In this document: piece after piece, positions 1 to 11,841 of the stretch | Layout of the letters: every line of letters starts with the position of its first letter | Numbering within the stretch: the first letter of the stretch is position 1 | Assembly (NCBI GenBank): GCA_015069325.1 | Contig: SVIV01000001.1 | Location: 168,052-232,051, forward strand | Reading direction: 5' to 3' | DNA: 64,000 nt | Source: Clostridiales bacterium | Lineage (GTDB): Bacteria > Bacillota > Clostridia > Christensenellales > UBA1242 | The notes under the pieces: model-generated | The model's input: the letters and a program-made list of their open reading frames with translations, nothing else | Databases searched by the model: none | Told to the model about the DNA's origin: nothing | Translations under genes and position numbers: made by a program

Positions 1-1057
1 CATTTTCTTGTGCCATTTCTAAAAGTTTTTTATTTGCAAGGTGTGGATTTGAAATAATGTTGATTTTTTTATCAAAAAATTCACATAGAAGTTCGCTATC
101 AATATTATGCGAAACAACTATTTCATTTGGGATAATCATATTTTGATAGTATTGTGAAATAAAGTTGAAAAGTGTTTGATCTTCTTCGATTTCTCCGTCG
201 CTTATAGGGTATGACATAACTCCTAAAATTTTACCACCACGAATCACCATATTGGTAATTACGCCATTTAAACCATTGGTAATATAAGCGAAAACATCTT
301 TTGAAACATCTTTTGGTAAGTTTGCAACAATTCTTTGCTTAAGTTTATTAATCATTTTCAGGCGTTCTCTAAAAATGATGGCGCTTTCATAATTTTCATT
401 TTCGCAAGCTTTATCCATTTTGGCTTGTAAAATTTTTTCGATTTCATCGTCATTTCCATTTAAAAAGGTGATTGCTTTATTGATTTCTGTTAAATAGTCT
501 TCTCGTGATATTTTTTTTGTGCAGGGAGCATAGCATAGTCCAAGAGAATAATTTAAACATTCTCTTTTTGCTGTTGAATTTTCGGTTATTTTAAGTGAAC
601 AGGTTCGTATTTTAAAAGCGGTATTTATTGTTTTTAAAATTTCTCTTGCGTCAAGCCCTGCAAAATAAGGCCCGAAATATTTTGATCCATCTTTTTTGAC
701 TTTGCGGACTATTTCAAATTTAGGGAAAGACTCTTTTAAGTTTATTTTTATATAAGGAAATTGTTTTCCATCTTTTAATAAAATATTATAAAAAGGTTGG
801 TGTTTTTTGATTAAATTACTTTCAAGTGCAAGAGCGTCCATTTCGCTTATTGTGATGAAATAGTCAAAAGAGTCAATATTGTCCACCATTGCTTGAACTT
901 TGCTAGGTTTTGGTGAGTTTCTGAAATATTGACTTACTCTATTTTTTAAGTTTTTTGCCTTTCCTACATAAATGACGATTCCGTCTTTGTCTCGCATAAT
1001 ATATACGCCCGGCTTTGTAGTCAGTGAAGAAAGTTTGTCTCTAATTTTATCGTTCAT
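1..1057 (-). CDS. uvrC: Excinuclease ABC subunit C (UvrC), N-terminal ~352 codons; gene continues past the left edge
   Basis: Not in the ORF track because it is open at the window edge. My reverse-strand translation from ATG (complement 1055-1057) reads MNDKIRDKLSSLTTKPGVYIMRDKDGIVIYVGKAKNLKNRVSQYF..., the GIY-YIG N-terminus typical of UvrC. The frame is open to position 2 (...LLEMAQEN). Confidence 0.85.
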   Translation of the reverse strand, partial: MNDKIRDKLSSLTTKPGVYIMRDKDGIVIYVGKAKNLKNRVSQYFRNSPKPSKVQAMVDNIDSFDYFITISEMDALALESNLIKKHQPFYNILLKDGKQFPYIKINLKESFPKFEIVRKVKKDGSKYFGPYFAGLDAREILKTINTAFKIRTCSLKITENSTAKRECLNYSLGLCYAPCTKKISREDYLTEINKAITFLNGNDDEIEKILQAKMDKACENENYESAIIFRERLKMINKLKQRIVANLPKDVSKDVFAYITNGLNGVITNMVIRGGKILGVMSYPISDGEIEEDQTLFNFISQYYQNMIIPNEIVVSHNIDSELLCEFFDKKINIISNPHLANKKLLEMAQEN

Positions 1058-1184
1058 GATTTTATTATAGCCAAAACAAAGTTAATTTGCAAATTTTAAT
1101 ATGAAAATGCTTTGAAAAGCGAGAAAAATATATTAAAATAAGAAAAATAAGAACTTTAACTTTGCATTTGAAGGAGAATATTCT

Positions 1185-1685
1185 ATGAAATTTAAAATTA
1201 TTCCACCAGATAAAATTAATGATAATATTTTAAATGAGTGTTATTACGTTGAAATTAATAGCGGTGGCGAGCCTTATAAAAAAGAAGATTTAAGAAGCGT
1301 GTTAAGTTGGCCTAGTTCGGTTACTATTGTTGCGTATGACGATGAAAAAGCAGTAGGAATGATTACTGCGAATGGCGAATCTAGCAAACTTGGCGGAAGT
1401 ATTTATATTGTAAATGCATCTGTCGTTCAAGAATATCATAGAAGGGGAATAGCTACTAACATTTTTTATGAATTGTTTAAGTTTTATAAGCGAAAAGGAA
1501 TTAATAAAAATGTTTCGATTAGTGTTGATAAAGATAATTTGCCAGCCATTAATATGTATAAAAAGATTGGATTTAAACTGGTTGGGGATTATGAAGATGA
1601 GCAGCAGTTTGGAATGTTTCTTTCTTTAGATGAATTTGGCAAAAACTGTGAAATAATTTTAAAGGAGCGCGAAGATTTTAAATAA
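1185..1685 (+). CDS. GNAT-family N-acetyltransferase
   Basis: 166 aa. Acetyl-CoA-binding-type segment QEYHRRGIATNIFYELFKFYKRKG, then LPAINMYKKIGF. GAAGGAG RBS about 8 nt upstream of the ATG. Confidence 0.8.
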   Translation: MKFKIIPPDKINDNILNECYYVEINSGGEPYKKEDLRSVLSWPSSVTIVAYDDEKAVGMITANGESSKLGGSIYIVNASVVQEYHRRGIATNIFYELFKFYKRKGINKNVSISVDKDNLPAINMYKKIGFKLVGDYEDEQQFGMFLSLDEFGKNCEIILKEREDFK

Positions 1686-1713
1686 AAAAAGACTGAAATT
1701 TCAGCCTTTTTTA
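1684..1713. terminator. Bidirectional intrinsic terminator between the GNAT gene and the convergent membrane protein gene
   Basis: aaaaaaaGACTGAaattTCAGCCtttttt: a hairpin with one A-C mismatch, flanked by an A-run and a T-run. Confidence 0.55.
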
Positions 1714-2070
1714 TTTTATTACTTTTTTGCTCCAAGATTTTTGGTTGCAGTGTGGGCATTTCATATATCTGGTTCTGCAAATATGTGGAGACAAAATTGT
1801 TTGTTTAAAAGATGGAGTGTATTTTTCGTGACATTTTCTGCATTCGAAATAACCTGCTTTTTGTTCGATTATCATGCAGAATGTTATACTGATAATAAAC
1901 ATAGCAATGTCAATTACAATTAGAATAATAGGTAAAGTGTAAATATTAAGTTGGACGATTGCATATAGGCAAAGAGATAAAATAATAAAGAATGAAATTG
2001 TTGAAACGACACCTAGTGCAATTTCCAAGTTTAGAACGAGTTTGTTGGCCTGCTCTTTTTCTGTTTGCAA
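1711..2070 (-). CDS. Small membrane protein with two TM helices and a C-terminal CxxC...CxxC zinc ribbon
   Basis: 119 aa. Two hydrophobic stretches (LEIALGVVSTISFFIILSLCLYAIV and LPIILIVIDIAMFIISITFCMII), then CRKCHEKY...CPHCNQ. Confidence 0.55.
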   Translation of the reverse strand: MQTEKEQANKLVLNLEIALGVVSTISFFIILSLCLYAIVQLNIYTLPIILIVIDIAMFIISITFCMIIEQKAGYFECRKCHEKYTPSFKQTILSPHICRTRYMKCPHCNQKSWSKKVIK

Positions 2071-2094
2071 TTTTAAAAGTTCTTTTTTATATAT

Positions 2095-3405
2095 TTACTT
2101 CAATACTTTTAAACATTCTTCTTTAGATAAAAGTTGTTGTTCTCCGCTAGTCATATTTTTAAGTGCAAAAGTGCCGCTATTTACTTCATTTTCGCCTACA
2201 ACTAAAATGTAAGGGATTCCGCGTCTATCTGCTTCTTTCATTTTGCTTTTAAATGATTTGTTGTCATAGGCAACTTCTGCTTTTATGCCGTTTTCTCTAA
2301 AGTAAGCGCAAAGGCTTATGCAGTCTTTGAGATATTCGCCAAGCGGAATGATAAATAAGTCTATGTTGGATTTTTTTACTTCTGGAAGTAATCCATTTTG
2401 GTCGAGAAGGTCAAACATTCTTGTAAGTCCGATGCTCATTCCAACGCCTGGTAACTTTTTATCTGTAAAATAGCCGGCAAGGTTTTCATATCGTCCACCA
2501 CCGCCGAAGGCAGGCAGGTCTCTTCTTCCTTTTAAATATGCTTCAAAAACTGTGCCAGTATAATAATTGTGTCCGCGAATAATGCCAACATTGAAAATGT
2601 AGCCTTCTTTATCACAATTAAATGCATTAAGATAAGAGTTTACTTCTTCAAGCTGTGAAATTGCTTGGCAAAATAGTGGGTTGTTGGATATTTTTGTTAA
2701 ACTTTCCTTAACTTGTTCAAAAGATCCTTTTACTTTAATCGCAGAGATGTATTTTTTTATACATTTTTCATTAATTTCAAGTTCTGCAAGAGATTTGACG
2801 AGATTTTCTTCGCCGATTTTATCAAACTTGTCAAGTAGGGTGATGATTTCTTCTGCTTTGTCAGAGTTGTTGCAGTCTTCAATAAGCCCGAATAGGAGAT
2901 TTCTGTTTGAAATTTCGACTACCACAGGATATCCAAGTGCATTGAAGCAGTCTAAATAAAGTTTTACGCATTCTGCATCGGCTACAAGAGAAAGTGCTTC
3001 GTTTCCGATGATGTCCGCGTCGCATTGATAAAATTCCCTGAATCTTCCGCGTTGTGGTTTTTCTCCGCGATAGTTTTTGCCTATTTGATATCTTTTGAAA
3101 GGGAATTCAAGGGTGTTTGCGTTTGATGCTACAAATCTTGCAAGTGGAACGGTGAGATCATAACGCATACACATTGAAGTTGAGCCCTTTGTGAATGCAA
3201 AAACTTCCTTGTCCATTTCTCCGCTAGATTTGGCGAGTAAAATTTCAGACAGTTCAAGGACGGGCGTGTCTAAAGGAACAAAGCAGTTTGTTTCAAAAAC
3301 TTTTTTGATTTTTTCTTGCATTTGTTCGAAAAGGATTTCTTTTTCAGGTGGTAATTCCCAAAAACCCGCCAATTTTCGTGGCGAGATGAGTTTTGATTCG
3401 TTCAT
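2095..3405 (-). CDS. hisS: Histidine--tRNA ligase
   Basis: 436 aa. Class II motifs: RYDLTVPLARFV; motif 2 FKRYQIGKNYRGEKPQRGRFREFYQCDADIIG; motif 3 GGGGRYENL. C-terminal anticodon-binding-like domain. Confidence 0.9.
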   Translation of the reverse strand: MNESKLISPRKLAGFWELPPEKEILFEQMQEKIKKVFETNCFVPLDTPVLELSEILLAKSSGEMDKEVFAFTKGSTSMCMRYDLTVPLARFVASNANTLEFPFKRYQIGKNYRGEKPQRGRFREFYQCDADIIGNEALSLVADAECVKLYLDCFNALGYPVVVEISNRNLLFGLIEDCNNSDKAEEIITLLDKFDKIGEENLVKSLAELEINEKCIKKYISAIKVKGSFEQVKESLTKISNNPLFCQAISQLEEVNSYLNAFNCDKEGYIFNVGIIRGHNYYTGTVFEAYLKGRRDLPAFGGGGRYENLAGYFTDKKLPGVGMSIGLTRMFDLLDQNGLLPEVKKSNIDLFIIPLGEYLKDCISLCAYFRENGIKAEVAYDNKSFKSKMKEADRRGIPYILVVGENEVNSGTFALKNMTSGEQQLLSKEECLKVLK

Positions 3406-3492
3406 AATTTCTCCTATTGTTTTATAAAATAGAATTGTAAAAGTGGTAATAAAAAGCAGTAATTAAGTATTAATTAATAATCAATTGCTTAC

Positions 3493-3521
3493 AGTATAAG
3501 ACATTTCTCGATTTTTGTCAA
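3493..3521 (-). promoter_or_regulatory. Sigma-A-type promoter for hisS
   Basis: On the minus strand: TTGACA, 17 nt spacer, TATACT. This gives a ~90 nt 5' UTR ending in a TAGGAG RBS. Confidence 0.6.
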
Positions 3522-3526
3522 GAGAA

Positions 3527-3545
3527 AGTTATCCACATTTCCACA
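3527..3545 (+). repeat. 19-bp direct repeat copy 1, AGTTATCCACATTTCCACA, containing the consensus DnaA box TTATCCACA
   Basis: Exact 19-mer, also present at 3622-3640. It has a perfect 9-mer DnaA box followed by a degenerate box (ATTTCCACA). It sits 5 bp upstream of the hisS -35 element on the opposite strand. Confidence 0.6.
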
Positions 3546-3621
3546 GGTAAAATTTTACACAAAATTGTGATTTTTTACGCATTTTGTTATTTTTTAATAC
3601 TTACCAATACATTTTTAGCCT

Positions 3622-3640
3622 AGTTATCCACATTTCCACA
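3622..3640 (+). repeat. 19-bp direct repeat copy 2, AGTTATCCACATTTCCACA, containing the consensus DnaA box TTATCCACA
   Basis: Identical to 3527-3545, with a 95-bp centre-to-centre spacing. Confidence 0.6.
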
Positions 3641-3741
3641 CGATGTTTACAAAAGTCAAGCGATTTTCAAAAGTTTTTTAAAAATTTTTGATTTTTTATA
3701 TTTTTGTAAAAAAATGCAAAATAATGTAAAAACAAGATTAG

Positions 3742-5820
3742 TTATTCTTCTATAAGTTTTAGTGGCTGAAGAAAGATGGAAGGTTGATTTTCTGTTGTAA
3801 AGCATAATTTATGAAGTGCTCTTGTCGAAGAAACATAAATTATGTTTTTATCAATTGTATTTTTGTAATTATTGTAATCTGCGTTTGGAATTATGACAGC
3901 ATCAAATTCAATTCCTTTTGCTGTTGCGCAAGTGGTAATCAAAATTCTTGCTTCATAATCTTCTGGTTCTGTTAAAATTTTACAATCTAAAATTTTGTTT
4001 AGTTTGTGATAGATTTCAGTTGATTCTCGTTTGCATTTGCAGATAATTGCAATATGTTCAAGCCCTTCGCATTCTTTTTCGATATAATTTTTTATTGTTT
4101 GTGCTTGATTTGATGATTTGATGACGATAGGTTCACCACCACTACGATTTACAAACTCAATATTGTTAAGTCCTACAAGTTTGTTTGCGTAAAGTGCAAT
4201 TTCTTTAGTAGAACGATAAGTTTTATTTAACTCTAATAATTTGCAACCTAAAAAGTCTGCAGTAAGCTGTAAGTATTCTTTTGTAATAGATTTTTCAATG
4301 CATTGATTTACATCGCCAACAACAATCATAGGACAAGTCCAAATTTTCTTGAACATATAAATATCGACAGGGGTGAAGTCTTGCATTTCATCAATGATAA
4401 GATATTTTGCACTGAAGTTGTGGTCAAGGCCGTAAATAAAATGTTTAATTGCAAGATAACTGCCTTTGTCCATATATTTTATTTCGTTGGTTTCTTTGTA
4501 TGAAAGATTTTCTCTTGCCATAAAGATTTGGAATACTTTTTCGACTTCACTTACAGGAAGGAATGTGTAAAGCATTGTTTTAAATCTGTTTTTAAGGGCT
4601 GTATTTTGTTCTTTTGAATAATGTGCTTTTTCAGTGAAATACATTGCATATTGCCAAGCAATATTGTTTATTCTTTCATAAAGGTCAAGTCCCTTATGCG
4701 TTTTAAAGAAAAGTTCCTTGGTTTTTTCTGCAGAGAATGTAATGGTTTCTTTCTTGTGCTTTAAGTCTTCTTCAATTACAAAGGTTAGATCTTTTGGTTG
4801 AAACGTATCAATAAAAGGTCCTTTTAAGAATCTAAACAGACCGTCCATGTATTCGTATGAAGATTTATAAGAAATTTCATTTAAAATTTCTTGCTTAGGA
4901 TTTGTTGCGATTTCGTCAAGCATTTCTTCTCTAGATTGAACAGGGCGATGGAGCTCGCTTTTTACAATTCGTTCTAATGTTGTTTCAGCCAAATTATCTT
5001 CGCCAAGTTGTGGTAATACTTCAGAAATATAACTTGAAAAAATATTGTTTGGTGAAATGATGCAAATGTCGTTTGATTTTATAAGTTTGCGTTGGCTGTA
5101 AAGTAGGTAAGCGGCTCTATGCAATGCAATAGAAGTTTTCCCAGAGCCTGCAATTCCTTGCACAAGAATATTTTTTGTTGGATCGTTTCGAACAATAGAA
5201 TTTTGTTCTTTTTGAATCGATGATACTATTTGTTTCATTTTTGTTGAAACATTTTTCGATAGTATTTCTTGCAGTATTTCGTCATTGATTGTAAGATCGG
5301 TGTCAAAATAAGATAAAAGTTTGCCATTATCTATTTTGTATTGTCTTTTTAAAGTCATTTCTCCTTGAACTGTATCTTGGCCATTTTTGAAAGCAGATGG
5401 TCCTAAATCATAATCATAATACATACTGCAAATAGGCGCTCTCCAGTCTGCAACGCGAAGTTTTCCATTATCGTTAAATAGTGAGCCTAGTCCAATGTAG
5501 ATTGGCACTTCTTGTTCTTTGCCTGCAGGCTTAAAGTCAATCCTTGCAAAATAAGGATTTTTTGCTTGAAGGGCGAGTTTGCGCCCTTCAAGATTAAGAT
5601 CCTGCGACATTTCTTGCAGTTGTCCAAGCACTTCAAATGAGTTTGAAAGGTCAGAGCCTCTTGATTCTTCGTTGTAATTGTCGGCGAGAGCCTTGGTCCC
5701 TTTGCGAAGTTTTGTGTCAATCTGCTCTTTCTTTGTTTTATTTGTTTTTATTTTTTTTTCTATAATTTCAAGTGTATTAGCAAAATATAATTGTTCGTTT
5801 ATTTTCAAATTTGCCTCCAC
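3742..5820 (-). CDS. helD: HelD-type UvrD-like helicase (helicase IV, RNA polymerase-associated)
   Basis: 692 aa. HelD-type N-terminus (NPYFARIDF...VADWRAPICSMYYDY). SF1 motifs GIAGSGKTSIALHRAAYLLY, IIDEMQDF, VGDVNQ, TYRST, KGIEFDAVII, YVSSTRALHKL. The track start is GTG at 5820. An in-frame TTG at codon 5, preceded by GGAGG, is an alternative start. Confidence 0.8.
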   Translation of the reverse strand: MEANLKINEQLYFANTLEIIEKKIKTNKTKKEQIDTKLRKGTKALADNYNEESRGSDLSNSFEVLGQLQEMSQDLNLEGRKLALQAKNPYFARIDFKPAGKEQEVPIYIGLGSLFNDNGKLRVADWRAPICSMYYDYDLGPSAFKNGQDTVQGEMTLKRQYKIDNGKLLSYFDTDLTINDEILQEILSKNVSTKMKQIVSSIQKEQNSIVRNDPTKNILVQGIAGSGKTSIALHRAAYLLYSQRKLIKSNDICIISPNNIFSSYISEVLPQLGEDNLAETTLERIVKSELHRPVQSREEMLDEIATNPKQEILNEISYKSSYEYMDGLFRFLKGPFIDTFQPKDLTFVIEEDLKHKKETITFSAEKTKELFFKTHKGLDLYERINNIAWQYAMYFTEKAHYSKEQNTALKNRFKTMLYTFLPVSEVEKVFQIFMARENLSYKETNEIKYMDKGSYLAIKHFIYGLDHNFSAKYLIIDEMQDFTPVDIYMFKKIWTCPMIVVGDVNQCIEKSITKEYLQLTADFLGCKLLELNKTYRSTKEIALYANKLVGLNNIEFVNRSGGEPIVIKSSNQAQTIKNYIEKECEGLEHIAIICKCKRESTEIYHKLNKILDCKILTEPEDYEARILITTCATAKGIEFDAVIIPNADYNNYKNTIDKNIIYVSSTRALHKLCFTTENQPSIFLQPLKLIEE

Positions 5821-5848
5821 CAGTCCTTAACTGGAAATTTTTGCGTTG

Positions 5849-8368
5849 TTATTCTTGCGAAGTTTGCTCATTGTTTTGCATTGCGTCTTCGTTAGTTTCA
5901 GAAGTGCTTTGTTCTTCATCTTCCTTGATAAGTGCGACGCCTACAATTGAACTTTCTTTTTTAAGACGCATAGCCTTCACGCCTTGACTTACTCTTGAAA
6001 GGTGATTTACTTGGTCAAGAGAAATTCTAATGATGACTCCATCGTCTGAGATTAACATAATATCATTCTTTTCAGTAGATTGTCTAAGTGCTACTAAATC
6101 GCCTGTCTTTTCATTGAATATGCCGGCTTTAACGCCCATTCCGCCGCGACCTTGAAGTCTAAATTCATTTACATCGCTGCGTTTAGCGTATCCCTTTGAT
6201 GAAACAGTGATAATTTGTGAGTCTGCTTTGGCAACGACCATATCAATGATATAATCGTCATTGCTAAGGCGCATACTTTTTACGCCTTGACTGTCTCTAC
6301 CCATATTACGCACATCATTTTCGTTGAATCTGATGCACTTTCCGCTGTGAGAAGCGACAATAATATCTTCGTTTCCGTTTGTTAAGTCAACGCCGATAAG
6401 GGAATCGTTTTCAACAAGGTGAATTGCTATTTTTCCTACCTTTCTGATTGATTCGAATTCTTTAAGGTTAGTCTTCTTAATCAGGCCACTCTTTGTTGCC
6501 ATAATAAGATAGCCTTCAGCGTCTGTCTTTCTTGGGATTATTGTAGTAACTTTTTCATCAGGAGAAAGCATAAGAAGATTGATTACTGCTTTCCCTTTTG
6601 CAGTGCGTTGTGCTTCAGGAACTTCGTATGCTTTAATTACATAAACTCTTCCTTTGGTGGTAAAGAATAATAAGTCATCGTGAGAAGAAGTAACAAACAT
6701 ATGTTCGATATAGTCTTCTTCTTTTGTTTTGTGGGCGGTTACACCAACCCCACCACGATTTTGAGCTTTATATTCATTTGCTGAAATGCGTTTAATATAT
6801 CCTTGATGAGTCATTGTAATCATAACGTCTTCAACAGGGATAAGGTCTTCTATGTCAATATCGCCTGCTTCAAGGCTGATATGCGTTCTTCTTTCGTCTC
6901 CATAAGAATTTTTAATTTCTTCAAAGTTGTCATAAAGAATTTTATTTACTCTGGCAGGAGTTGCTAAAATGTCAGCTAAATCTTGAATAAGGGCATCAAG
7001 GTCAGCAAGTTCTTGCTTTAATTTTTCAACTTCTAAACTTGTCAGTTTAGAAAGTTTCATTTCAAGAATAGCATTTGCCTGAGTTTCGTCAAGCTCAAAC
7101 TTTTTAGTGAGTTTTTCAAGCGCATCATTGCGGTCGTCTGCCATTTTAATTGTTTGGATTACTTCATCAATGTTTGCAAGCGCAATAACAAGACCGCGCA
7201 CAATATGTTCTCTTTCCTTTGCTTTTTCAAGGTCGTATTGTGTTTTGCGAACCAAAATTTCTCTTTGATGTTCTAAATAATAGTAAAGCATCTCTTTTAA
7301 GTTGAGTATTCTTGGTTGTTTGCCAACGAGAGCAAGCATAATAATACCATCACTCTTTTGAAGTTGAGTATTTTTATACAGGCCATTAAGCACAACTTGT
7401 GCGTTGTAGTCTTTCTTTACATCTACGACAATTCTAATGCCGTTTCTGTCTGATTCATCACGAATGTCGCTGATTCCTTCAATGCGTTTGTCTTTTACAA
7501 GGTTTGCCATTTGAATTACAAGGTTTGCCTTGTTTACTTGATAAGGAATTTCAGTAATAACAATTCTGTTTCTACCATTTGAAAGTTCTTCAATTTCTGC
7601 TTTACCACGGACTACAATGCCCCCACGCCCTGTTTTATATGCGTGTTTAACTGCGGTTCTGCCCATAATAATACCGCCAGTAGGGTAGTCAGGTGCAGGA
7701 ATTATTTTAATAAGTTCTTCAATATCAATTTCAGGATTTTCAATTAAGGCTTGAAGGCCAGACAAAACTTCAGTAAGGTTGTGTGGCGGAATGTTTGTTG
7801 CCATACCGACTGCAATACCGTCAGAACCGTTAATTAAAAGGTTTGGAATTTTTGCAGGAAGAACCATCGGCTCCTGTCTTGTTCCATCATAACTGTCTTG
7901 AAAATCAACTGTGTTTTTGTCAATATCTTCAAGCATAAGTCCTGCGATTTTTTCAAGTTTTGCTTCGGTATAACGGTAAGCCGCTGGGCTGTCTCCGTCG
8001 ATAGAACCAAAGTTTCCTTGACCATAAACAAGGGGATATCTTATTGAGAAGTTTTGAGCTAAACGAGCAAGTGCATCATAGATAGAACTGTCGCCGTGTG
8101 GGTGATATCTACCCATAACAGTTCCCACAATGTGAGCGCATTTTACAGTGTGTTTATCATAAAAGTTTCCTGTTTCGCCCATTCCGAAAAGAATTCTTCT
8201 GTGAACAGGCTTAAGTCCGTCTCGCACATCAGGAATCGCACGAGAGACGTTGACAGCCATTGCATAAGAAAGAAACGAGTCTTTTAAGTTTTCAACAGTG
8301 TCAGTTTTTTCAATTTTTGTTTTTGAAAGTTTTTCTTCAAGTGATATAGTTTCTTTATCCATTTCCAT
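5849..8368 (-). CDS. gyrA: DNA gyrase subunit A
   Basis: 839 aa. AMAVNVSRAIPDVRDGLKPVHRRIL; catalytic-Tyr region AAYRYTEA; GyrA-box-like QNRGGVGV; acidic tail. It lies immediately downstream of gyrB. The true start may be the second ATG (8362), which has better RBS spacing. Confidence 0.95.
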   Translation of the reverse strand: MEMDKETISLEEKLSKTKIEKTDTVENLKDSFLSYAMAVNVSRAIPDVRDGLKPVHRRILFGMGETGNFYDKHTVKCAHIVGTVMGRYHPHGDSSIYDALARLAQNFSIRYPLVYGQGNFGSIDGDSPAAYRYTEAKLEKIAGLMLEDIDKNTVDFQDSYDGTRQEPMVLPAKIPNLLINGSDGIAVGMATNIPPHNLTEVLSGLQALIENPEIDIEELIKIIPAPDYPTGGIIMGRTAVKHAYKTGRGGIVVRGKAEIEELSNGRNRIVITEIPYQVNKANLVIQMANLVKDKRIEGISDIRDESDRNGIRIVVDVKKDYNAQVVLNGLYKNTQLQKSDGIIMLALVGKQPRILNLKEMLYYYLEHQREILVRKTQYDLEKAKEREHIVRGLVIALANIDEVIQTIKMADDRNDALEKLTKKFELDETQANAILEMKLSKLTSLEVEKLKQELADLDALIQDLADILATPARVNKILYDNFEEIKNSYGDERRTHISLEAGDIDIEDLIPVEDVMITMTHQGYIKRISANEYKAQNRGGVGVTAHKTKEEDYIEHMFVTSSHDDLLFFTTKGRVYVIKAYEVPEAQRTAKGKAVINLLMLSPDEKVTTIIPRKTDAEGYLIMATKSGLIKKTNLKEFESIRKVGKIAIHLVENDSLIGVDLTNGNEDIIVASHSGKCIRFNENDVRNMGRDSQGVKSMRLSNDDYIIDMVVAKADSQIITVSSKGYAKRSDVNEFRLQGRGGMGVKAGIFNEKTGDLVALRQSTEKNDIMLISDDGVIIRISLDQVNHLSRVSQGVKAMRLKKESSIVGVALIKEDEEQSTSETNEDAMQNNEQTSQE

Positions 8369-8379
8369 CTCCTTTCAAC

Positions 8380-10386
<2,007 letters not shown>

Positions 10387-10514
10387 TTATATTAATATAA
10401 AAATCAAGCAATTTTGAAAGAAAACAAGGCTATAGAAAATATTTTTTGGAGAAAATTATTGTCGTAAAATTGGGGCTTTGATTAAATAGTGATATAAAAA
10501 GCAGCAATGTTTAA

Positions 10515-11072
10515 TTACTGCTTTTTGTTGATAAATGTCCAGTTTTTGTTTTTAATATTTGCGTAATAAGTTTGGTTTGTATCTAATGAGCCTTTATAAA
10601 AAATCTTGGCTTCATAAATTGTTTTATCATTTTCCTTTGAATATTGCACATCATAGAAGTTGAAGCCAAGAAGATTAAGGAGTGGATTGATATAATAAAG
10701 TGAATTTTTAATATAAACAATTGCTATAAAAATCATTATTAAAACGAATGCGCAGTATTCGCTTATTAATGAAAGGTCTAGTTGCAAGGCAAAAAGCACA
10801 AAAAGTGAGAAATATCCAAGGAAATGTTTGTCTGTGATATTTTGGGCTGAAAGGATTGTAATTTTCGTAATCGACTCTTTATTCCTTTTGCAATAAAACA
10901 AAGCCACAGCCCCTGTTAAAATCAAAAATATCAAGGTTATAAGATTGATCGTATTCAAAATATTAAATGTTAAATTTGAATTTATAATATCAACAACCAA
11001 TTTTACCAATATTAAAACAAACATTGGCACAAAGGCAGAGATAAAAAGAGATATATCTTTTAATAGTTTCAT
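10515..11072 (-). CDS. Hypothetical multi-pass membrane protein
   Basis: 185 aa with about four hydrophobic helices and a soluble ~45-aa C-terminal tail. I recognise no motif. Confidence 0.45.
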   Translation of the reverse strand: MKLLKDISLFISAFVPMFVLILVKLVVDIINSNLTFNILNTINLITLIFLILTGAVALFYCKRNKESITKITILSAQNITDKHFLGYFSLFVLFALQLDLSLISEYCAFVLIMIFIAIVYIKNSLYYINPLLNLLGFNFYDVQYSKENDKTIYEAKIFYKGSLDTNQTYYANIKNKNWTFINKKQ

Positions 11073-11148
11073 AAATTTATTTTTGCCAATATTGAAAAAT
11101 TTATAAAAATTGTTTTGTTTTATTTTTGTTTTAGGTTAAAATATAAAT

Positions 11149-11814
11149 ATGAAAATGATAAGTTTAATTATTTTTGGTGTTATTTGTTTGGGAATGGACG
11201 TTGTGTATTCCTTATTCAATAAAACAAAAGGGTATAAAGCTGTTTTAATAAAAGGGATTACTGTATTGGCATCTTGCGCTTTTGCAGTTATTTGTGCAAA
11301 TCTCAATTCACTTACATCGGCATTGCCACTTTTTGTATATTTAGGGTTTGGTTTCTGTTTATTAAGCGAAGCAATGACTGTTTCTCAGATTGATGAAGAA
11401 AAACCAAGAATGATGGTCTTTGGCTTCCTAAAAGCATTCACATTTGCGCTTTTCGCAGTTGGAGCAGTTTCTCTTACAGGATTTAATGTTTTAGTGCTTG
11501 GTGGCGGACTCTTGTTGGGATTGGGTGTGGGTTGCGTGGTATGTGCAATTAAAAAGTATAAAAGGGCTTATCAAGCATTTTCAACAATTGCTTCTTGGGC
11601 AGGTGTAGGCTTATTGTTGTGTGAAGGTGCATTTGCAGTTTTCAACTCAATTCGTATGATTTCAAGTGTAATTATGCTAGGAATTGGATTATTGCTATTC
11701 ATTAGTCATTTCATTGAATCTTGTGCGCAAGAGGGAAGTAAATTGTTGTATGTCTCTAGTTTTATGTATGCGCTAGCCTTATCGTTATTTGGAGTTTTGA
11801 TATATTTTTACTAA
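11149..11814 (+). CDS. Hypothetical polytopic membrane protein (possibly YhhN-like, not verified)
   Basis: 221 aa, almost entirely hydrophobic helices (about 7-8 TM). Divergent from the 185-aa membrane protein gene. Confidence 0.5.
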   Translation: MKMISLIIFGVICLGMDVVYSLFNKTKGYKAVLIKGITVLASCAFAVICANLNSLTSALPLFVYLGFGFCLLSEAMTVSQIDEEKPRMMVFGFLKAFTFALFAVGAVSLTGFNVLVLGGGLLLGLGVGCVVCAIKKYKRAYQAFSTIASWAGVGLLLCEGAFAVFNSIRMISSVIMLGIGLLLFISHFIESCAQEGSKLLYVSSFMYALALSLFGVLIYFY

Positions 11815-11841
11815 AATAAACAAAAAAATTGCTAAAAGTTA

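Noticed and set aside
3406-3741. T-box riboswitch upstream of hisS (similarly checked upstream of leuS at 62036-62177, cysS and glnS)
   Set aside because: The hisS 5' UTR from the predicted promoter is only ~90 nt. I see no specifier-loop/T-box (AANNNGGGTGGTACCGCG-like) sequence and no terminator/antiterminator pair. The leuS leader is ~30 nt. cysS and glnS are internal operon genes.
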